A stretch of 64,000 nt of DNA from contig NIVC01000573.1 of assembly GCA_002269645.1 (NCBI GenBank), forward strand, positions 186,001 to 250,000, in the 5' to 3' direction. Every line of letters begins with the position of its first letter. The stretch's first letter is position 1. Source of the DNA: Macrostomum lignano (lineage: Eukaryota). The notes under the pieces were generated by a model. The model searched no databases. It saw nothing but the letters and a program-made list of their open reading frames with translations, and had not been told where the DNA came from. Of this stretch, positions 54,703 to 64,000 are shown in pieces. The position numbers and the translations under genes were made by a program.

Positions 54703-57700
54703 ATGGCAGCCTCGGCTGTCCCAATTCTGACCCTGGCCGCCCTGATGGTCAACATCGTTGAGGCCATCAGCTCGGAGCTGTTGCTGACGACCACCTGCTC
54801 GGTGGTGGAGGAGGTGCCGCTGGGCAGCCCCGTCTGCAGCCTCGCCCAGCTGCTCAACCACAACGCCACCGGCCGCTTCCAGCAGGTGAACGACTCCTCA
54901 GCTCGGCTGTTCTCCGTCGACCCGGCCAGCGGCCTCGTGCGCACCTCCGGCCGCATCGACCGGGAGGGAATCCCGAGTGCCGGCGCCCCCAGCCCGTCTG
55001 CGCCCTGACGCTGCAGACCACCTGGCGCGGCGCCGACAACTCCCAGATGCTGCCGATCAGCGCAACAATCCGCGTACTGGACGTCAATGACAACGCGCCG
55101 AGGTTTCGCGGCGGCGCCGTCCTGAAGGCCAGCCTGCAGGAGCACGACAGGTCGGCGAGCTTCCAGCTGCCGCGGGCCGTCGATCCCGACGCAGGCGAGA
55201 ACGGCAGCGTGGTGTACAGCCTGCACCCGGAGGCGCAGCGCCTCGCCAAGTTCAGCCTCGTCGACGACCCGCACGATCGGCTGCGCGGCCCAGTCCTGCT
55301 GGTGGTCGGCGACGTCAACCTGGAGAGGGACCCCGGCCTGCTGAGGGTGCTGGTGCTGGCCAGGGACAAGGGGCAGCCCAGCCTGAACAGCAGCTTCACC
55401 ATGGAGCTGGCGGTCATCAACACCAACGACTTCGATCCGGCATTGACGCCAAAGGATCCGCAGCGGGATGTGAGACGGAAGCGCGGCTGTCTTGAGATGC
55501 TGAGCGTAGGGACCGGCTGAGCGTAGAGACGAGAGAATACTTGGGATAGTGGCAGAGAGCGGTAGAAAGAGTGACTGAGAACCCGGTAGAAAGAGTGACT
55601 GAGAACCCGGTAGAAAGAGTGACTGAGAACCCGGTAGAAAGAGTGACTGAGAACCCGGTAGAAAGAGTGACTGAGAACCCAGTAGAAAGAGTGCCTGATA
55701 ACCCGGTAGAAAGAGTGACTGAGAACCAGGTAGAAAGAGTGAATGAGAACCCAGTAGAAAGAGTGCCTGATAACCCGGTAGAAAGAGTGCCTGAGAACCC
55801 GGTAGAAAGAGTGACTGAGAACCCGGTAGAAAGAGTGACTGAGTACCCCGGTAGAAAGAGTGCCTGATAACCCGGTAGAAAGAGTGACTGAAAACCTGGT
55901 AGAAAGAGTGACTGAGAACCCAGTAGAAAGAGTGACTGAGAACCCGGTAGAAAGAGTGACTGAGAACCCGGTAGAAAGAGTGACTGAGAACCCAGTAGAA
56001 AGAGTGACTGAGAACCCAGTAGAAAGAGTGACTGAGAACCCGGTAGAAAGAGTGACTGAGAACCCGGTAGAAAGAGTGACTGAGTACCCGGTAGAAAGAG
56101 TGACTGAAAACCTGGTAGAAAGAGTGACTGAGAACCCAGTAGAAAGAGTGACTGAGAACCCAGTAGAAAGAGTGACTGAGAACCCGGTAGAAAGAGTGAC
56201 TGAGAACCCATTAGAAAGAGTGACTGAGAACCCGGTAGAAAGAGTGACTGAGAACCCGGTAGAAAGAGTGACTGAGAACCCGGTAGAAAGAGTGACTGAG
56301 AACCCAGTAGAAAGAGTGACTGAGAACCCAGTAGAAAGAGTGACTGAGAACCCGGTAGAAAGAGTGACTGAGAACCCAGTAGAAAGAGTGGTCCCATCGC
56401 TACCGCATCCCACAGATCCCAGAGAACACCTCCGTGAACTCGGTGGTGCTGCAGATGAGCGCCTCGGACAAAGACGAGTTCAGCAAGCCGCTGACGTTCA
56501 GCATCATCAACTACGACTGCCCGCCCCTCTGCTCGCCGTTCGCCATCCACCCGCGCAGTGGGGAAATCCGCCTGACCTCGGCGTTGGACGCCGAGACTCA
56601 GCAGCGCTACGAGATCTACGTCAGCGTGACGGACAACCATCCGCCAAGCCCGCGCACCTCAGTGTCAATCGTCAAGGTCCTGGTGAGTCTGTCAAGGTGG
56701 TTTGAGCTGTTACACACTCGCTTAATCCATTCCAAATGGATTAATGCCATTTCAAACAGGCCCACCCGACCCAAGTCATCTCACACCGACTCAAGCCATT
56801 CCAGACCGACTCAAGCCATCCCACACCGGCTCAAGCCATCTCAGACCGACTCAAATCATCCCACACCGGCTCAAGCCATCTCAGACCGACTCAAGCCATC
56901 CCACACCGGCTCAAGCCATCCCACACCGGCTCAAGCCATCCCACACCGGCTCAAGCCATCCCACACCGGCTCAAGCCATCCCACACCGGCTCAAGCCATC
57001 CCACACCGGCTCAAGCCATCCCAGACCGACTCAAGCCATCCCAGACCGGCTCAAGCCATCCCAGACCGACTCAAGCCATCCCAGACCGACTCAAGCCATC
57101 CCAGACCGACTCAAATCATCCCACACCGGCTCAAGCCATCCCACACCAACTGAAGCCATCCCACACCGACTCAAGCCATCCCACACCCAACTCGAGCTCT
57201 CCCACACCGACTCAAGCCATCCCACACCAACTCAGGCAATCCCACATTCGCCCAAGTCATCCCACACCGGTTCAGGCAATCCCACACCGACTCAAGCCAT
57301 CCCACATCAAAATCAAGTCCTCCCACACAAACTCAAGCCATCCCACATCAAACTCAAGTCCTCCCACACAAACTCAAGCCATCCCACACCAACTCAAATC
57401 CAAGCAAATCCCCCTCGAATCGATTCGTCCTTTCCCATCGGGACAAAGAAGAAAGAGAGAGAACAGGAAAGGATAGGGATTATATTTTTAGAGAAAACGG
57501 AAACTGCCAACCGAGACAGAAAGAGAGAATGAGGCTTGGGACTTGCAAGGGCCCAGCCTGGCGATCCGCTATGCAGATGACTGATGGCAGAGGCAGAGCA
57601 CCAGGAAGCAGAGGCCCAGACCAACGGAGGCCGCCAATGGTGGAGGCAATAAAATACCGGAAGGAAGACAAAGCAGGAATCTCGCCCCCCCCCCCAGCTC

Positions 57701-60700
57701 ATGTTTGTCGGAGATGGGCGCTGCCGCTTGCGCGACCTTGCAGGGCGGTCACAGCCAGCACAGCCGGGAACCACACTTGAGTAGGCAGTGCTCAGCCAGT
57801 TCTGACCCGATTGGCGGCCACCTCGGTTAGAAAAGCAGGATTTCTGCTTCCGCAGAACTAAGATTTCCTGGTTGCTTTTCTGTTCATTGGTGGGCTCAAT
57901 TTCGTAAACTGTTGCAACATTCTTAAATTCAGTCATTTTGAGCTATCATCTGGGCCTTCATAAACTCGAGTTGTGTTTCATAAACTGGAGTGTGTTTTCA
58001 AACTGGAGTGTGTTTAATAAACTGGAGTTGTGTTTAATAAACTGGAGTTGTGTTTAATAAACTGGAGTGTGTTTCATAAACTGGAGTGTGTTTCATAAAC
58101 TGTAGTTGTGTTTCATAAACTGGAGTGTGTTTCATAAACTGGAGTATGTTTTACAAACTGGAGTTGTGTTTCATAAACTGGAGTATGTTTTACAAACTGG
58201 AGTTGTGTTTAATAAACTGGAGTTGTGTTTAATAAACTGGAGTTGTGTTTAATAAACTGGAGTTGTGTTTAATAAACTGGAGTGTGTTTCATAAACTGGA
58301 GTTGTGTTTCATAAACTGGAGTTGTCTTTCATAAGCTGGAGTTGTGTTTCATAAACTGGAGTGTGTTTCATAAACTGGAGTGTGTTTCATAAACTGGAGT
58401 TGTGTTTCATAAGCTGGAGTTGTGTTAAATAAACTGGAGTATGTTTTACAAACTGTAGTTGTGTTTCATAAACTGGAGTTGTGTTTCATAAACTGGAGTG
58501 TGTTTCATAAACTGGAGTGTGTTTTCAAACTGGAGTGTGTTTAATAAACTGGAGTTGTGTTTAATAAACTGGAGTTGTGTTTAATAAACTGGAGTGTGTT
58601 TCATAAACTGGAGTGTGTTTCATAAACTGTAGTTGTGTTTCATAAACTGGAGTGTGTTTCATAAACTGGAGTGTGTTTCATAAACTGTAGTTGTGTTTCA
58701 TAAACTGGAGTATGTTTTACAAACTGGAGTTGTGTTTCATAAACTGGAGTATGTTTTACAAACTGGAGTTGTGTTTAATAAACTGGAGTTGTGTTTAATA
58801 AACTGGAGTTGTGTTTAATAAACTGGAGTTGTGTTTAATAAACTGGAGTGTGTTTCATAAACTGGAGTTGTGTTTCATAAACTGGAGTTGTCTTTCATAA
58901 GCTGGAGTTGTGTTTCATAAACTGGAGTGTGTTTCATAAACTGGAGTGTGTTTCATAAACTGGAGTTGTGTTTCATAAGCTGGAGTTGTGTTAAATAAAC
59001 TGGAGTATGTTTTACAAACTGTAGTTGTGTTTCATAAACTGGAGTTGTGTTTCATAAACTGGAGTGTGTTTCATAAACTGGAGTGTGTTTCATAAACTGG
59101 AGTTGTGTTTCATAAACTGGAGTTGTGTTTCATAAGCTGGAGTTGTGTTAAATAAACTGGAGTATGTTTTACAAACTGGAGTTGTGTTTCATAAGCTGGA
59201 GTTGTGTTTCATAAACTGGAGTTGTGTTTCATAAACTGGAGTTGTGTTTAATAAACTGGAGTTGTGTTTCATAAACTGGAGTTGTGTTTCATAAACTGGA
59301 GTTGTGTTTCATAAACTGGAGTTGTGTTTCATAAGCTGGAGTTGTGTTTCATAAACTGGAGTGTGTTTCATAAACTGGAGTGTGTTTCATAAACTGGAGT
59401 TGTGTTTCATAAACTGGAGTTGTGTTTCATAAGCTGGAGTTGTGTTAAATAAACTGGAGTATGTTTTACAAACTGGAGTTGTGTTTAATAAACTGGAGTT
59501 GTGTTTCATAAACTGGAGTATGTTTTACAAACTGGAGTTGTGTTTAATAAACTCGAGTTGTGTTTCATAAACTGGAGTTGTGTTTTCAAACTGGAGTTGT
59601 GTTTAATAAACTGGAGTTGTGTTTAATAAACTGGAGTTGTGTTTAATAAACTGGAGTATGTTTTACAAACTAGAGTTGTGTTTAATAAACTGGAGTGTGT
59701 TTTACAAACTGGAGTTGTGTTTAATAAACTGGAGTTGTGTTTAATAAACTGGAGTTGTGTTTCATAAACTGCAGTTGTGTTTCATAAACTGGAGTGTGTT
59801 TCATAAACTGAAGTGTGTTTCATAAACTGGAGTTGTGTTTAACAAACTTGAGTGTGTTTCATAAACAGTAGTTGTGTTTCATAAACTGGAGTTGTGTTTC
59901 ATAAACTGGAGTGTGTTTCATACACTGTAGTTGTGTTTCATAAACTGGAGTTGTGTTTCATAAACTGGAGTTGTGTTTCATAAACTGGAGTGTGTTGAAT
60001 AAACTGAAGTGTGTTTTACAAACTGGAGTTGTGTTTACAAACTGGAGTTGTGTTTAATAAACTGGAGTTGTGTTTAATAAACTGGAGTTGTGTTTAATAA
60101 ACTGGAGTTGTGTTTAATAAACTGGAGTTGTGTTTCATAAACTGGAGTGTGTTTCATAAACTGGAGTGTGCTTCATAAACTGGAGTGTGTTTCATAAACT
60201 GTAGTTGTGTTTCATAAACTGGAGTGTGTTTCATAAGCTGGAGTTGTGTTTAATAAACTGGAGTTGTGTTTAATAAACTGGAGTGTTTTTCATAAACTGG
60301 AGTGTGTTTCATAAACTGGAGTTGTGTTTCATAAACTGGAGCGTGTTTCATAAACTGGAGTTGTGTTTCATAAACTGGAGTGTGTTTCATAAACTGGAGT
60401 GTGTTTCATAAACTGGAGTGTGTTTCATAAACTGGAGTGTGTTTCATAAACTGGAGTGTGTTTCATAAACTGGAGTTGTGTTTCATAAACTGGAGTGTGT
60501 TTCATAAACTGGAGTTGTGTTTCATAAACTGGAGTTGTGTTTCATAAACTGCAGTTGTGTTTCATAAACTGTAGTTGTGTTTCATAAACTGGAGTGTGTT
60601 TCATAAACTGTAGTTGTGTTTCATAAACTGGAGTGTGTTTCATAAACTGTAGTTGTGTTTCATAAACTGGAGTGTGTTTCATAAACTGGAGTGTGTTTCA

Positions 60701-63700
60701 TAAACTGTAGTTGTGTTTCATAAACTGGAGTGTGTTTCATAAGCTGGAGTTGTGTTTCATAAACTGGAGTTGTGTTTCATAAACTGGAGTTGTGTTTCAT
60801 AAACTGGAGTTGTGTTTCATAAGCTGGAGTTGTGTTTCATAAACTGGAGTTGTGTTTCATAAACTGGAGTTGTGTTTCATAAACTGGAGTTGTGTTTCAT
60901 AAACTGGAGTGTGTTTCATAAACTGGAGTGTGTTTCATAAACTGGAGTTGTGTTTCACAAACTGGAGTTGTGTTTCATAAACTGGAGTTGTGTTTCATAA
61001 ACTGGAGTTGTGTTTCACAAACTGGAGTGTGTTTCATAAACTGGAGTTGTGTTTCATAAACTGGAGTGTGTTTCATAAGCTGGAGTTGTGTTTCATAAAC
61101 TGGAGTTGTGTTTCATAAACTGGAGTTGTGTTTCATAAACTGGAGTTGTGTTTCATAAGCTGGAGTTGTGTTTCATAAACTGGAGTTGTGTTTCATAAAC
61201 TGGAGTTGTGTTTCATAAACTGGAGTTGTGTTTCATAAGCTGGAGTTGTGTTTCATAAACTGGAGTTGTGTTTCATAAACTGGAGTTGTGTTTCACAAAC
61301 TGGAGTGTGTTTCATAAACTGGAGTTGTGTTTCATAAACTGGAGTGTGTTTCATAAGCTGGAGTTGTGTTTCATAAACTGGAGTTGTGTTTCATAAGCTG
61401 GAGTTGTGTTTCATAAACTGGAGTTGTGTTTCATAAACTGGAGTTGTGTTTCATAAACTGGAGTTGTGTTTCATAAACTGGAGTTGTGTTTCATAAACTG
61501 GAGTGTGTTTCATAAACTGGAGTGTGTTTCATAAACTGGAGTGTGTTTCATAAACTGGAGTGTGTTTCATAAACTGTAGTTGTGTTTCATAAACTGGAGT
61601 GTGTTTCATAAACTGGAGTGTGTTTCATAAACTGGAGTGTGTTTCATAAACTGGAGTTGTGTTTCATAAACTGGAGTGTGTTTCATAAACTGGAGTTGTG
61701 TTTCATAAACTGGAGTTGTGTTTCATAAACTGGAGTTGTGTTTCATAAACTGTAGTTGTGTTTCATAAACTGTAGTTGTGTTTCATAAACTGTAGTTGTG
61801 TTTCATAAACTGGAGTTGTGTTTCATAAACTGGAGTTGTGTTTAATAAACTGCAGTGTGTTTCATTAACTGGAGTGTGTTTCATAAACTGGAGTTGTGTT
61901 TCATAAACTGGAGTGTGTTTCATAAACTGGCGTTGTGTTTCATAAGCTGGAGTTGTGTTTCATAAACTGGAGTTGTGTTTCATAAACTGGAGTTGTGTTT
62001 CATAAGCTGGAGTTGTGTTTCATAAACTGGAGTTGTGTTTCATAAACTGGAGTGTGTTTCATAAACTGGAGTTGTGTTTCATAAACTGGAGTTGTGTTTC
62101 ATAAACTGGAGTTGTGTTTCATAAACTGGAGTGTGTTTCATAAGCTGGAGTTGTGTTTAATAAACTGGAGTTGTGTTTCATAAACTGGAGTTGTGTTTCA
62201 TAAACTGGAGTTGTGTTTCATAAACTGGAGTTGTGTTTCATAAACTGGAGTGTGTTTCATAAGCTGGAGTTGTGTTTAATAAACTGGAGTTGTGTTTCAT
62301 AAATTGGAGTTGTGTTTCATAAACTGCAGTTGTGTTTCATAAACTGGAGTTGTGTTTCATAAACTGCAGTTGTGTTTCATAAACTGCAGTTGTGTTTCAT
62401 AAACTGCAGTTGTGTTTCATAAACTGGAGTGTGTTTCATAAACTGGAGTGTGTTTCATAAACTGCAGTTGTGTTTCATAAACTGCAGTTGTGTTTCATAA
62501 ACTGGAGTTGTGTTTCATAAACTGGAGTGTGTTTCATAAACTGTAGTTGTGTTTCATAAACTGGATTGTGTTTCAGAAAATATCGGAGGTGTTCAAAAAG
62601 AAGATATTTTGTGCACCGTGAAACCTTTCAGAGCTGTCAGAGCACATACCCAGGTAATTATTGACAGAGAAACTTGAAAATGAAGAAGAGACGGGTTGAG
62701 TTTTTTCAAATTTGCTTTTAACTGTAAAGGAATATTTTTCTCTTTATAGGTAATTTTGTTTTTTAGAACCCACCGGGTGCGCCGATGAAACATCTGCAAG
62801 CAAATCACCTGGGCAATCAATTTTTGTCGAGGTTGCCGCGATGAGCAGGCGGGGACTGGGGCGGGGGGAGGGGCAGCAGAATCGATGAGCACACAGGCAG
62901 CAATTTTCGCCTCAACGAAGCGGGATAAATGGAGAAAAAAAGCAAAATCACCATCATCTTTATGCACCTTTGAAAAGCGGAGCAGCTGATGATTCTTAGC
63001 AGCCTGTAAGAGCGAATTTTCGTTGCATTTCTTGGAAAGCTAGCGTGTTACAGATCACACAAAACCGAAGCTAAAATGACCAAAATTAAAATACCCGAAA
63101 CCGAATTCAAACCCGAAACCGAACTCAAACCCGAAACTGAATTCCAACCCGAAACTGAATTCCAACCCGAAACTGAATTAAAACCTGAAAACGCACCCGA
63201 AAATGCGTAGGTCACCGACGTGAATGACAACGCGCCGCAGATTGTGGTGAATCGCGACTCTCTCACCGTCCGCGAGAACAGCCAGCCGATTTCCACCGTC
63301 GACTACATCAGCGTCAAGGACCGCGACGTCGGCAACAGGTTCATCCACTGCGATCTTGACGGCTTCAACAGACAGACGGACGCGTTCAGCCTGACCCGGA
63401 TGTCTGGCTCTGACGCGGTGTCGGGGTCCGGCAGCCAGGTGCTGCTGCTGCTGCAGGCTATCCGCAGTCTGGACCGCGAGCAGCAGGCGGCGCACGCCCT
63501 GTCGCTCACCTGCTCTGACTCTGACGGCGTCGCCAGCACCGAGAATTTCACCGTCAGCGTTGGCGACGTCAACGACTCGCCGCCGGTGTTCCCCAGACCG
63601 GAGCTGGTGGCCCGGCTGCTGCCGCCGCTGCGGGAGAACTCGCCACCCGGCACCGTGATCGGCAGGCTGGCAGCCACCGACGCTGACGAGCCGCAGAACG

Positions 63701-63780
63701 CCAGGACGGTGTACAGCGTGGCCGGGAACTGCCAGCACGACATCGGCATCGGGAGCTCAATGCTACGGTCTATGCAAAGG
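54703..63780 (+). CDS. Protocadherin-like cadherin, 3'-partial. Exons 54703-55469 (1-bp frameshift at ~54972), 56416-56682, 63211-~63780
   Basis: Signal peptide; cadherin Ca-binding motifs RIDRE, VLDVNDNAP, AVDPDAGENG, LDAE, VTDVNDNAP, LDRE, VGDVNDSPP and ATDADEPQN. GT-AG introns in phase 0; the end of the third exon is uncertain. Confidence 0.9.
55562..56390. repeat. 24 bp minisatellite (gagtgactgagaacccggtagaaa), cadherin intron 1
   Basis: About 34 copies. Confidence 0.97.
56760..57400. repeat. 20 bp minisatellite (ccacaccggctcaagccatc), cadherin intron 2
   Basis: Visible array. Confidence 0.95.
57960..62575. repeat. 19/20 bp minisatellite (aaactggag(t)tgtgtttcat), ~4.6 kb, cadherin intron 2
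   Basis: Visible array. Confidence 0.98.
63095..63200. repeat. 18 bp repeat (cccgaaactgaattccaa) just before the cadherin exon acceptor
   Basis: About 6 copies. Confidence 0.88.
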
Positions 63781-63834
63781 TTCGTGGGAGACTAAGAAGA
63801 GCCTCCTTAGTCTCTTCGGGATTTTGTCCCTGAT

Positions 63835-64000
63835 CTGCCTGTACCTTGTGTCCTTGAGCTGCCTGTAGCTTGTCTCCTTGAGCTGCCTGTAGCTTGTCTC
63901 CTTGAGCTGCCTGTAGCTTGTGTCCTTGAGGTGCCTGTAGCTTTTGTCCTTGAGCTGCCTGTAGCTTGTGTCCTTGAGCTGCCTGTAGCTTGTGTCCTTG
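63835..64000. repeat. 24 bp minisatellite (cttgagctgcctgtagcttgtgtc), truncated by the window end
   Basis: Visible array. Confidence 0.94.

Noticed and set aside
57960-62575. CRISPR-like regular array
   Set aside because: No unique spacers, no cas genes, and a eukaryotic intron context. The same holds for all other arrays.

Overview
Eukaryotic (metazoan) genomic DNA with spliceosomal introns. The GC-rich exons and minisatellite-filled introns resemble a Macrostomum-type flatworm, but this is inference only. Host genes: ALG8 glucosyltransferase (minus, 9 exons, 3' end outside the window), a frameshifted FAX/metaxin-like GST gene, a 2-exon secreted C-type lectin + PAN protein, a 6-exon OATP/SLCO transporter (minus) and a protocadherin-like gene (plus, runs off the window). 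Mobile DNA: a decayed Gypsy fragment interrupted by an internally deleted hAT element (8-bp TSD), a young Gypsy with near-identical 262-bp LTRs interrupted by a full-length R1/LOA-like LINE (13-bp TSD), and a MITE. Best hunt result: the first nucleotide of the LINE, defined independently by its TSD, is G1 of a predicted HDV-like self-cleaving ribozyme with a ~169-nt J1/2 insert and a compensatory A-U pair in P1.1. Also notable: a dense AP-1/MEF2/CArG/E-box/TATA promoter-like cluster ahead of an orphan ORF, inverted hammerhead-like remnants, and four ALG8 intron minisatellites sharing one core. All structures and splice models were derived by eye.
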